Shown one piece after another: positions 25,001-37,329 of a stretch of 64,000 bases of DNA. Both the position numbers and the translations under genes were made by a program. Position 1 is the stretch's first letter. Each line of letters opens with the position of its first letter. The notes under the pieces were generated by a model that saw nothing but the letters and a program-made list of their open reading frames with translations, did no database searches and was not told the origin of the DNA. Location: assembly GCA_043228905.1 (NCBI GenBank), contig JBHGNT010000021.1, positions 3,844,001 to 3,908,000 of the forward strand, read 5' to 3'. This DNA is from Azolla caroliniana (lineage: Eukaryota > Plantae > Polypodiophyta).

Positions 25001-26923
25001 TGGATAGGCAGCATTTTATCCAAAAGGGCTGCCTACAACATATCCCTTAACATCCCTTTAATTGGTCGTCCTCCTAACAACCAACATATGAACGATGAAC
25101 ACTTTAAACGGCCCACTTCTTCCATCAATCTTCGATTCTCTACCGGAGAAAGATAAAGGTCGATCCCTTTTCTCTCATCAATGCCCTCCTCCACCTGCTT
25201 CTCTTGAACGTGGCTAATGTCATTATTCTCCTTTACTATCAAGACATTGCCCAAGCCTTCCATGGCGTTCATTTCGGAATGTGCCATGGTCAGACCCCCG
25301 CCTATCTACTCCTCATTCTGTGGGTCTGGATGCATACCTGTACCTAGTATTTCAGCTGGGGGGTACGAATCCAACCAGTGCCTTCCCTGGTTGTCCCGAT
25401 CTCAAGCGTGCGATCTAACAAGAGGTTTGTTGCCGCAAGGGAAACGAAGGCCAGCGAGGACGATGGGAGGAAGCCTTTCCTTTTGTAGGAACGCCGTCAT
25501 TCACTTTCCGCATCTTCCATGCCTCACAACGTCTCCTCAAAGTGATTCCTTGGCACTGTAGGGGTAAGGAGACTCATTCGATGCCCTCTGTGCAGCCGAC
25601 AACCAGTGATGAGCGACCAAGACTCCCTCCTGCGATAGTCGCTGCGCGAGATCTTGGACAACGACACACATCTATCCAGCCCGGGCGCTCCTCATTGTGC
25701 TCCTGTTCCTGCTCGCTATTTCCTCTTCATGCCATTCTCTGCTCCTGCTCCTCGCCATCGCCTGTCCTTATCATACCCTCTTCTTCCATGATTTATCGTC
25801 ACTCCACATAATATCTATTTCATTTAATATTGATACATATTGTGTCTCCTATAGTGGAATAAAAAATATGGAAGAAAAGAATTCCCTAATGTTATACAAA
25901 CACGTGATGCATGATGTTGCCTCAAGGTGTCTCACACCAAGATCATGCCTATATATTCTGCAAGGGGTTCTCTCCCTTGTCGAACCTGTTATTAGATTAA
26001 AACACATACACAATTACACAGAATAACATATTAGTTAGAACTCAACCATTAAGTTATCACAACACATCCAATAGACAGACTAATTAGTGTTTGGCTCAAA
26101 AGCGAGTTTTATTGATTTTTACATAGGTTTTGTCCCCTTCACATTGGGGTGACCATTTGGACTAAAGCTTCAAAAGCAAATTCATTCTATCCCCCATTTT
26201 CCTACCCTTGCCCTTGCAATGGTATATTACCAATGCAAATGCAGATATCGTCATGTGTCATGCTATGAATGATAGGCGTGTACCATACATTTATCATTAT
26301 CAACGCATAGTGGAAGTGATCAAGTATTTGGCTTCCCTAAAAGCCGTCATATTCAAACCTATGAAACCTAAAAATGTCACTATGAATACATAGAGGCAAA
26401 TATAATTGTCGGATGATCGTGTTCATTGTGTTATCATTATGACATTAAGTAAGTCCAAATATCCACATACATGATTCTTTTATTTAGTAAGCATACAAGG
26501 AAAGCAACATTGTGTTATACTACCATGTGACATATGCAAATGGAATTACATATGTAAATCTTTAAGGTAAATGCACTATGTCACAAACTCTATTATGAAA
26601 GTGTCAATTATGTTTGTAGGAGCGTTAGGCAGGTGAGCGGATAACGATGGGAATTGAACAAGCTAATAGATCACCACGAATTCCATGGCTACTGCATGAA
26701 GATCGAAACGAATCTCTCGTTTCATGAGGGGACAAACTCAACCCCAAAATTTCATAGTGATTGCAAATTTGTAATAGATGGTAAATATTTAGAAGTCAAA
26801 AAAGTAAAAGTATGGCTTTATTAGAATTGTAGGGATTATTTATAACTGAAAGTTGTTTTCAAAATAGGTAAAAAGTTACAAATCATGTTGAACATAATAA
26901 GAGAGTTTGATAGTTTGGCTAGG

Positions 26924-27060
26924 AGTGGCATCTAGTGAAATAGAGATATATATGAAGTATATAATAGAGAGGTGAGAAAATTGGGTTTCAAACCCAAGAC
27001 ATAATGCTTGTAGTGTTATCGACTTACCACTAAGGTAAGCTAATTACAACAAAAAAGGGA
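26924..27060 (-). repeat. tRNA-derived/SINE-like repeat, copy 1
   Basis: Direct repeat of 33583-33720. On the minus strand it has an A-box-like tagcttaccttagtggtaag and a B-box-like ggtttgaaacc within a ttgggt...acccaa stem. Confidence 0.6.
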
Positions 27061-30000
27061 GATTATATTATCATCTTTAGAGAACACCGAGTCATTTGAA
27101 ACAAGTAATATGTCACAAATTAAGAACATATTCTTGACATCTCATGTATTTATCAATAAAGGAATGTGTCATATTACCTGTTTCACATGAATCGGTGTTG
27201 GAGGTCAAATATGACTTATGAGACCAAAAATATAACATTTCATGTGATACGTGTGAAAGTGAGTAACGACTCTCGATTTTCAAGAACTTTACCAATGAAT
27301 GTTGCAATCAAGAGTGCACATTGTGGTTGTGAGAGAAATTCATGCAAGGATTGGGCTCGGTCGAAGAGATATGGAAAGCATGGTCGAATATGATGAAAGG
27401 CAGAACATTGTATCAACGTGTGATACTCATACTCTCGAACTTGTTTAGGGCAAAGTGTGCATAACCGACCACTCTCATCACTTGTGCCCCAAAGGCCCAT
27501 CTCACATTGCAATGCATGTGAACTAAGTCGCATGGAAGTAATGGTTCGAATGGCTGATAACAAGATGAGGTCTAACATGTATCAATGTGTATGGTTTCCT
27601 CGTTCCGCGAAGAATATGGTTATGTAGTTAGGTGCAACATGTGTAGTATAATGTGTGAAGCGTGAGGCTCCACATTTGTCCTATGTCATGATACATTGGC
27701 ATTGCAAAAAGGCCTCATTTACTGAGGAATCTAGTGATGCATCATGAAGCAAGTGTCTTGCATCACATCTACCAAACCATTTTTTCTATATCTTGCATCC
27801 AACCAGAACACAAAATTTTGCTTTTATGCGTCTTTTGGATATTTTTGCTTGCTTCCCATGCGATTCTAGGAAGTCGATGTGAGGGACTTTTTTGAACCTT
27901 AAGCATGTATTAAACAACACTTTCCATGGCCATGATCTCAATGGGAAGCAATCCCATCTCAAGGAGGAGGGTGTGGAGCGTTTGCTTCTTAACTTGTAGA
28001 AAACTTTGTAAGAAAATGTTTTTGGACATTTTCAAACTCTTTCCACGTAGATTTAGGGATGCTACCACCCTATACTTCCACCTCATAGAGAAGAACTGGT
28101 GTCACCAAAGTGTCGAAAGGATACTTCTTGAGAACCCAACACTTAATATCTCTAAGATTGCATGTGTTCTCAAATGCACAATATGCTCGCTTACCCGCCT
28201 CTAAGCGGCGTGGAACACATTCATTCCATGTATGATTTGATGGAACTTCAAGGCCAAGATATTTGAAGCTTTCTACACATTCAAGTGGCTCATTGTTGTA
28301 CATAATACATGGTTTATCTGTTTTTTGGCTCTTCATAAGCATAATCTTTTGTTTAGAGCCATTGACACTTAATTTAGTATGCATGGATTTTTTTTCCAAT
28401 GCCTTCATAAACTTTTGTGCATCTCCTAAAGTATTTGCAAAAAACACTACATCATTTGCATATAACAAAAGCATAATCACAACATTCCCAATGACAACTT
28501 CTTCAACACATTCTTCCTTTATAAACTTAGCAACCATTTCTTCCAATTCATCAATGCATAGACCAAATAGTGTTGGTGAGAGTGGGCATCCTTGCTTAAC
28601 ACCAATAATGCTATTGAAAAAAATCTGAAAGTCTATCTCTCATACGCACACAACATATAACCTTTTAATATATTTAGGAAATTGCAAACATATATTCACT
28701 TGGCACCTCAAGTTCTTCCATTCGTCCAAAGATGCTCACAAGGTACCATATTAAAAGTTTTCTTGAAGTCTACAAAGCAACAATATAAACCTTTACCTCT
28801 AAGGCGACTTTCGTCCATTAATACTCGAAGGGTGACAAGGTGATCAATGGTGCTATGGTGTTTTCGAAAGCCAGCTTGTCCATAAGCTCTCTTACCATTT
28901 TTTTTAGCCCATACACTTATATTTGATTCCATTATACATCCAAATAGTTTTGCCAGTAATGAGCCAACCATGATGGTTCGATAGTTGTTTACATTATTTA
29001 TATCTCCACCTTTATGTAAAGGTTTGATCTAATTTGTAGTTCAATCATACAACATACCATGTTGCAATGCATCATTAAACATATCACTTATCCATACATG
29101 TGCTTCCTTTCCCGTCCATTTGAGTAAGATCGCTTGTCTTTCGAGAGGCCATTTTCTTAAGTCCTATGAATATATCTTCAATTGTAAAGAAGGGAGACAT
29201 ATGTGAAAGAGAACCATAATACATCATCTTTCCGGCAAGAGATAACTCATATAAATTCTTATAATGTATAGACAAGTCACCATAACTCTCAACACGTGTC
29301 CCCTTTAGATATCCCCAAAATTTACACATGCATGTGCTTTCTCTTGCGTTTGGAGAAATTGTTGAGTAACTTCCCATATTCTTCTCTTTATTTGAATAAG
29401 CCTTTTATACTCATGCAAATGCTTTTCTTTATCCTTAACTACATCCAAAACTATAAGGCACTTTCGAGCTTCAAGACATTCTTTATCAAACCATTTTTTC
29501 CTAAATTTCTTGGTGCATTTCCAAGATGTGCGGTTGGTTGAAAAACATTTGTTTGTACAAGAGAGAATTACTTTCTTAAAAGCATCCCATTTGCATTCTA
29601 GTGCGGCACCATGTTGTATCTTTGTCATTTGTAACATACCCTCAACCATCTTAGAATACATGGGCACTCGCTTAAGGTTCATGCTCATGTGCGGTTGTTT
29701 ATTATCTTCAATCGCCTTCTCATAATCAAACCGATGCATACATTTGAGATCAATACATAAAGCCCTATGATCGGATTCCAGTGTCCATTCACCAAGTGAG
29801 AATTTATGTATATGATCCAAAATACCTTCAGAAAGTAGCACATAGTCAATCACACTATTTCCGTTGTGTTTTCTACATGTAAAACCATTAGTGTTGGGCC
29901 AGAAGGAAACACCATTTGTAATAAACAATCCTGTACTATTGCACATTTGTAGGAGTAACTTCCCAAATTGGTCAAGATCTTTTTCATCTCTAGAAGAACG

Positions 30001-30311
30001 GATGTATATTTGCATATCCTCTTGCATCCTTGAGATATGTGGCATGAAAGATTCCTGTGAATCAAGTTGGAAACTTCTTGTACGAGCATTCATGTCACCA
30101 AAGACAATAACTTCCCTTTTGGATATGAAATAAGTATATCATCTTCTAGATTGACAAAAGGTTGTTTTTTTATCCAAACAAGCATAAAAGTTAGAATCTT
30201 AATGAGGAATGTAACATCTAACTACAAAATTGGGCAAATCATTAGGTGTTTCTATTTTGAGCCATATGTAACATTTTTATTTATTTTTGACAAAAAGATA
30301 CGCCCCGGTAT

Positions 30312-30489
30312 CAGGGCAAAAATTTGACGGGTGTAATGCCCGTCAAAGGCCATTTTGCCCGTCAAAAACATACATCTAATAAAAATGTCCGTCAAATGAC
30401 ATATAAAGTATAAAATTTTCCTTTTCATATGAAAGGCCACTAAAAATTATCCATGTCAAATGACATGCTAAAATTCAAATTTCCATGTC

Positions 30490-30536
<47 letters not shown>

Positions 30537-33196
30537 AACTAATAAGTTATAAGTTATAACTATGTGTGTAGTATGTAGTTACAACTTACTAAGTTACTAG
30601 TATAAAGTGTGTAATATACTAGGTCCTAGAATTAAGAGTCTAGTCTAATATATATTAATATGACAATATTATAACTTCTAAGTTTATATATATGTATTTA
30701 GTTACTAGTATATATATATATATATATATATCTTATATGTTTTTTAAAAACACACTTAAAATAAAAAATATAAATTGTAAGTTGTAAATTGTAATGATGA
30801 ATCATGATTTATGATATAAATTCTCAAATCGATTTAAAATTTTAACAATAACATTAGTCATTTATTAAATACTCTAATATACTTTTTTTTTCGAAAAAAA
30901 AATACTTTAAATTCTAATATACTAGAGTGTAGAGTCTAGACTCTAGGTTTAATTTAAGTTTTAATTTAAAACTAAAAATTTTACTAACCATCTTTTTATA
31001 CTTATAAGTTATTACATTTTACTATTATCTATGCTTTATTAAAAAATTAAGGTTAATAATAACTTATTAGTACAGAACAAAGGTGAGTAGTAAGTACTTC
31101 TATTAGGGTAGCAAGCTATTCTTCCACAGTCCACTTAAAAATTATTGATTTTATATGTAGTTTTTCTGCAGCAACAATAGAAGAAGACACCCTTCAAGGC
31201 TAGGCTTAAGCTTCAACATTTTAAATAGGTAAGTTACCATCTATTACATTATGTAATATTATACAATATAGTTTTTGTATTACTTAAGCAATAACTTGCC
31301 TGATTGTATTATATTGAAATGAAATACTTTTAATACACAAGTTTTAAGTTAAAATTAAAACTTTTAATAGTTACCATCCTTTTTATAGTTATTAAGTTAT
31401 TACTAATAACTATCATCTATGCTTTATGAAGAAATTAAGGTTAGTAATAACTTATTAGTATAGAAAATAAGTGAGTAAGTACTTCTATTAGGGTAGCAAG
31501 CTATTGTTTCACTTAAAAATTATTGATTTCATATGTATTTCTACAGCAACAATAGAAGAAGACATCCTTCAAGGCTAGGCTCAAGCTTCAACATTTCAAA
31601 TAGGCAAGTTACCATCTATTACATTATGTAATATTATACAATATAGTTTTTGTATTATTTAAACAATAACTTGGCTGTTTGTATTATATTGAAATGAAAT
31701 AGTTTTAATACACAAGTTTTAAGTTAAAATTAAAACTTTTAACAGTTACCATTCTTTTTATAGTTATTAAGTTATTACTAATAACTATCATCTATGCTTT
31801 ATGAAGAAATTAAGGTTAGTAATAACTTATTAGTATAGAAAATAAGTGAGTAAGTACTTCTATTAGGGTAGTAAGCTATTGTTCCACTTAAAAATTATTG
31901 ATTTTATATGTAGTTGTTCTGCAGCAACAATAGAAGAAGACATCCTTCAAGGCTAGGCTCAAGCTTCAACATTTTAAATAGGTAAGTTACCATCTATCAC
32001 ATTATTTAATTTTATACAATATAGTTTTTGTATTACTTAATAACTTGGTTGTTTGTATTATATTGAAATGAAATACTTTTAGTACAAAAGTTTTAAGTTA
32101 AAACTAAAACTTTTACTACCCATCCTTTTTATAATTATTAAGTTATTACTAATAAGTTATAACTATCATCTATGCTTTATTAAAAAACTAAGGTTAGAAC
32201 TTAGTAATAACTTATTGATATAGAAAATAGGTGAGTAAGTACTTCTATTAGGGTAGCAAGTTATTGTTTCACTTGAAAATGATTGATTTTACATATAGTT
32301 GTTCAGCAACAACAATAAAAGAATACATGATACATCCATCCAACTTTAACATTTTAAATATGTAAGTTACCATCTATCACATTATGTAATATAATACAAT
32401 ATAGGTTTTGTATTATCTAAGCAATAACTTAACTGTTTATATTATATTGAAATGAAATACTTTTAGTACATAGGTTTTAAGTTAAAACTAAAACTTTTAC
32501 TTACCATTGTTTCTATTATTGTTAAGTCATTACTATCATCTATGCTTTATTAAAAAATTAAGGTTAGTAATAACTTATTAGCATAGAAAATATGTGAGTG
32601 TTTTTTGGAAAGAAAAAAAAAAGGTGAGTGAGTACTACTAGGGTAACAAGTTATTGTTCCACAATCCACTTAAAAATGATTGATTTTATATGTAGTTATT
32701 CTGCAGCAACAATAGAAGAAGACATCCTTCAAGGCTAGGCTCAAGCTTCAACATTTTAAATATGTAAGTTACCATCTATCACATTATGTAATATTATACA
32801 ATATAGTTTTTGTATTACCTAAACAATAACTTAATTGTTTGTATTATATTGAAATGAAATACTTTTAGTAAATTTTTAGATGTCTATTATTTGAATCCAC
32901 TTTGCAAGAATAGATTATGATTATTGATAAATATCTTGCTTGTGCTTTGGCTTTAAAACATAAACATGATATTTATTTTACGTATTTCATTATCTTTGTG
33001 AGGTAGTTATGTTCATTTGTGTACTTTCTATAGCAATAAAATATATAACAATGTAACATTACATAGAGCTTTTCATGTCTAAAATCTGTATGTCAAATGA
33101 CATGTTAAGTTTTTGCAATCTTCTGTCATATGACATACATCTTTAAAAAATGCCCGTCAAAAAACTTTAAGACTAACCCGTCAATTTTAGGCCCTG
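30312..33196. mobile_element. Non-autonomous hAT-superfamily DNA transposon (2885 bp)
   Basis: 8-bp TSD CCCGGTAT (30304-30311, 33197-33204), imperfect 21-bp TIRs (cagggcaaaaatttgacgggt / acccgtcaattttaggccctg), and repeated subterminal cccgtcaa and gtcaaatgac motifs at both ends. No transposase ORF. Confidence 0.92.
30950..32870. repeat. Five-copy tandem array of a ~375-400-bp AT-rich unit inside the hAT element
   Basis: The anchor following cag (caacaatagaagaagac, degenerate in copy 4) starts at 31172, 31547, 31925, 32307 and 32707. Confidence 0.93.
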
Positions 33197-33582
33197 CCCG
33201 GTATTATAAAATCATGCCATATGTAGCATTTATGTTCATCATTTTTTACAATTGACACATATTTCTCTATTTCTTTCTTAATTAAACATGCCACCCCTCC
33301 TTGTCATCTTCTTTGTCTTGGATTTTTCTCCCATATCAAAGAGTGTACATTATAGTTTCCTAAAATCTTGAATCCTTTGAGTATCATGCTCCCATGTTTC
33401 AACAAGAAGTGTGATATCAGAGTTATCAGTGAACTCCTCTATGCCAAATCCCGCATTCCATGGGTATCCATTGCAATTCCAAAAGAATAGTCGTAAAAGA
33501 CGTGGGTTAGTCTCATAGGTCACATGTCCCTATTTGAGAGAGAGAGAGAGTGAGAGAGATGGGTTCAACCCCTACATTCCAC

Positions 33583-33720
33583 AGTGGCATCTAGTGAATT
33601 AAGAGATATATATGAAGTATATAATAGAGAGAAGTGTGAAAATTGGGTTTCGAACCCAAGACGTAGTGCTTGTAGTGTTAAAAACTTACCACTAGGGTAA
33701 GCTAACTACGAGAAAAAAAG
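33583..33720 (-). repeat. tRNA-derived/SINE-like repeat, copy 2
   Basis: On the minus strand: D-arm-like hairpin cttacc-ctagt-ggtaag and T-arm-like ttgggttcgaaacccaa with the B-box GGTTCGAAACC. Confidence 0.65.
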
Positions 33721-33734
33721 AAAATATTAGATAT

Positions 33735-34024
33735 GCTGCTATGCATATGTATGTGTATATGTGTATGGTGTATAATGTATGTGTATGTATTTATGTGCAC
33801 ATGCATGTGTATGTATACCTGTATATATGTATATAGTATAGATAGTGCATGTATATGTGTATGTGCATATGAATGTGATGTGTATATATCTGTATATGGA
33901 TATGGATATGTATATATGTGTGTGTATATCTATATATGTATATAGTATGTGTGTGTGTGTGTGTATACATATATATATCTATGTGTATATGGATATATGT
34001 ATATGTATTTGTGTATGTATATTA

Positions 34025-34064
<40 letters not shown>
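33735..34064. repeat. Compound (TA/TG)n microsatellite
   Basis: Direct reading. Confidence 0.9.
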
Positions 34065-34066
<2 letters not shown>

Positions 34067-34617
34067 AATGGGCTATTTGCCCCCCCATTTTGGCTATTTG
34101 CCCCTACAATACTAAGAATGTTATTGACGACGATTCCTTTTTATGTAATAGTTGATAAACCTTTTTATGAGGTTGTAAAGTGTAATAGTTGATATATATC
34201 ACAAAAACATTTTGGTTGAGGTGAGAACTATCAAATTTTTATTTTTATTTTTGTAATACCAAGAAGGTTGTATTTGACTTCCATTAATATAACTCGTTTT
34301 AGCTATTTGGTACTTCACAACAACAACCAAATCACTTGACAAGCATATTTGTTCCAACAAGGTATTGTTGTAAGTGTTATTGGGAAAGAAGTGTTGTAAG
34401 TTTAGCCAAAATAGGGGGGCTAAAAAGTTTTTTTTTAGGAGGCCAAAAAGGTTTTTTTTTGGGGGGGGGGGGGGGAGGGCAAATAGCCAAAATAGGGGGC
34501 TAAAAAGTTTTTTTTTAGGGGGCCAAAAAGGTTTATTTATTTATTTTTATTTATGTTTTTTTTTTTGGGGGGGGGGGGGGGCAAATAGCCAAAATGGGGG
34601 GGCAAATAGCCCATTCC
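34065..34617. mobile_element. MITE embedded in a (TA)n microsatellite
   Basis: ~39-bp TIRs ggaatgggctatttgcccccccattttggctatttgcccc and its reverse complement, flanked by (TA)n on both sides. Internal repeats of tagccaaaataggggg. Confidence 0.9.
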
Positions 34618-34673
34618 TATATATATATATGTATGTATATATATATATATGTATGTATGTATGTATGTATATA

Positions 34674-34703
<30 letters not shown>
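34618..34703. repeat. (TA)n/(TATG)n microsatellite
   Basis: Direct reading. Confidence 0.9.
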
Positions 34704-34709
<6 letters not shown>

Positions 34710-35170
34710 TGTACATACATATATGACTATTGGCAGAAGAATCGAACTCGAGACCTTTAACCACCTCCCCTGTTGCGCTGGTGTGTCTGCAGGAGGTATG
34801 TCCTGTGATGATCTCCTTCTTCCATTAATACATACACCCACATCTACACCTCCTCCATTTACAGACAGACAGACAGACAGACAGAGAGGCTGAGATCACT
34901 TTCTAACCTCCTGAATGCAATTTCACTATCTTGGTGCCACCTTTTTACATGCATATGTGCATCCAATCTCTGATTCCTTCCTCTTTTTCCTTGTTTCCTT
35001 TTTGTGTGTTTATTTATTTATTTTGTTCTTCGCTCTCTGTTGCATTTCAGGAAGAATGAAATCAATCTGGTATGTATTATTAGCATCCCCATGATTATAC
35101 ACATTATAAACTTTCCGGGGGATCTTATCAAAACAAAGCCATCCACAGTGCGGAGGAGAAGTAAGGTGCC

Positions 35171-36181
35171 ATGGCGGCCGCATCGGCAGCACCTGGTGGT
35201 GAATCGGTAGAGATAGCCTCGTATGAGTTGAGTCCTGAACATGAACAAATTTTGAACAAGACTTTCTTGCTCCTGCAGAAGAAAGGGACCAAGAAAAAGA
35301 ATGAGTTAGATGAGAGGCAAGTACTATATATACTCTATAGATCGTTTGGTTGTTACTTCCTTCATCGTTTTTCCTTCTCCCTTCCTTTTTTTTAAACCTT
35401 CTGTCTTCTGAAGAAACTGCAGGGATGTTCCCATGCTTCTAAGAGCATTAGGGTTGAATCCATTAGACAATATCATAGAGGAAATCATTCAAAAGGTAAT
35501 TGGCACTTCATGGAAATCTATTTTTATACACATAACACATACCGTGTGACGGATAGATTTAAGTATTGGGCAATAAGGTTTGTTGCAGGCAAAAAGTAGA
35601 CAATCAAATAAGGTGACACAAGGGTTTCTTGACTATCCCTACTTCGAGGAAGCAGTTGCTGAGGCTTTCACATTACACAAATCCGATTTCGTTCGACATA
35701 CACAAGAAGAAATTATGGAAGCATTTCGCGTAATCCATCTTCAATCATTCATGGTCTTCATTTCTAGCCAATGACATAATGATTTTCAAGATGAATAAAT
35801 TTTCTTTGTGTACTCAGGTTATAACACCAGATAATCAAGAATACTTGGAGCCTCACATGCTAAAGGTACTCTGCACTGTAATGTCTTATAAGAACATTTA
35901 ATGGTCCATGCAACATTTATTGTAGTAACAAATGAAATACCTATAGCCATCATGCACACAAGATTCACTTGAAATTGTTAGTTGCACTATTATCATGCTT
36001 TGTGATGGGAGTGTTAGACCATTTTGTGCTATAGAAGCTACTCATGGACACCCCGAACGGCTTCTCAGATGAGGAGGCTGATAAAATGATCCAAGTCTTC
36101 AAGGATAAAGACACGGGTCTGATGTGGCATGATGACATTGCAGAAGTGCTAGCTAATGATGGCTTGCCATCAACATCATGA
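35171..36181 (+). CDS. DRC8: EF-hand protein, dynein regulatory complex subunit 8 (DRC8/EFCAB2)-like, 184 aa. Exons 35171-35316, 35423-35495, 35589-35729, 35818-35865, 36035-36181.
   Basis: The spliced CDS is 555 nt and stays in frame. Protein: ...NELDERDVPMLLRALGLNP...GFLDYPYFEEAV...RHTQEEIMEAFRVITPDNQEYLEPHMLKKLL...FSDEEADKMIQVFKDKDTGLMWHDDIAEVLANDG. It has a calmodulin-like four-EF-hand layout resembling EFCAB2/DRC8 from memory. Intron 1 has a GC donor. Confidence 0.8.
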
Positions 36182-37329
36182 CTAGTATTCAATGATTGTA
36201 TCTACACACTGTATGAATCAATATATAATGTTTTAACTATAAAGAGTTTTAATACGTCAACTATATGTATATGACCATGAATGGGTGGGACTCTATAAAC
36301 AAATATCTATCAATGACTATTCAAGAATGCTTCATTAAAAAGGATGGCTAGTATACATATACATGACTATGAATATATGACATCCTAGAACAAATATAAG
36401 TAAGATGACAAAGTCAATGCTAGTGGGGAGGTTTATGCCAAAAATGGTCATTAGTTACTCATGATCATGGGATTGGGCAGGCGTGCTAGACAAAATCAGA
36501 GACTCAAAACAAAAATGATAAATTACAACCACATCATTACTCACCAATAGCCATTACAATAATGTATTCTTTATTTGTTAGGTTTCAGCAGAAGTGATGT
36601 ATTGCCTTGAGAAGCCTAACTTGAATAGTGTTTTATGTGAAGCCTATATTTCAAAATTAATTCGAATAGTTCTATATTATTAAGATTTTGATTGCAAAAC
36701 AGCCTTCTGTCTTTTTAAAGTTATGAAAGATTCCCATGATTACTTATACCTCTTATCAATATTGGAAGATTATAGATAGTTTTTTTCTCTCTCTTATGTT
36801 CATAGCATATATTTTTGGCGTGCCATTACATTGTTCCTCACACAAGACTTCTTTGCAACTATATGGAATGATCTGCCGAATAGGATTGTGCTTATCTTCT
36901 TTTTACAATGGAGGGAAATAATTAATGATTTTGCCGATTGCGAATTAGATTTACATTGTTACCTCAATTATACTGAGATTTTGGAATAGGTGGTTGTGTT
37001 GAGGTATTGTCAAGCCAATGAAGAAAATTGGCAACCCCCATCATGCTACGCTCTTTTCAAGCTTTGGTCAGCGCTGTCTTTATTTTTTATATCTAGTTCT
37101 CCGTATGTCTGATACCTCAGCTAAACAACTCGATGAATTAGAGTCACTGGATATAATACTTGACCTTTACCAAGGATCCTTTCCACAGAATTTTGTAATG
37201 GAAGCTTATCTAAATGACATTGATGATGATGATACATTGCCATTACACACCCATTGTCCGTTTGTCCATACTACAAATGATCATCCATTTATGCATGTAC
37301 ATGGCTGTCCATCCATCCACAAATGCAAT

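Larger units (their letters stand above)
14890..25813 (-). mobile_element. Full-length but decayed L1-type LINE (ORF1 + ORF2), interrupted by a copia insertion and carrying an internal RT deletion
   Basis: 18-bp TSD tctatttcatttaatatt at 14872-14889 and 25814-25831, and an A-rich 3' end. ORF1 ~25287-23725 has a zinc-knuckle remnant (CFACKEMGQ). ORF2 has APE motifs (SWNVQGLG, LLQEHH, GDFN, RLDRIY, SDH), RT motifs (WRPITIL, NFEKAYDRV, SIRQGFPLA) and a C-terminal CxxC/H/C region. Confidence 0.93.
27070..33535 (-). mobile_element. Decayed APE-type non-LTR retrotransposon (RTEX/L2-like by its C-terminal motif), interrupted by a hAT element
   Basis: EN start LFFWNCNGYPW at ~33490, then GDMNART and SVIDYVLLS. 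RT motifs QAGFRKHHSTIDHL, CFVDFKK, GVKQGCPLSPTLF, LLYANDVV and YLGL. C-terminal RLCTLC...EYH...C. Many frameshifts. Confidence 0.88.

Noticed and set aside
33620-33710. Functional tRNA gene
   Set aside because: D- and T-arm-like hairpins are present, but there is no acceptor stem or proper anticodon arm, and an internal T5 run occurs. Treated as a tRNA-derived repeat.
34730-34775. B-box-like gagttcgattc on the minus strand
   Set aside because: Too short, with no convincing A-box or second copy in the window.
33733-34893. Cys/Val/Tyr/Ile-rich ORFs
   Set aside because: Translations of TA/TG microsatellites and the MITE.
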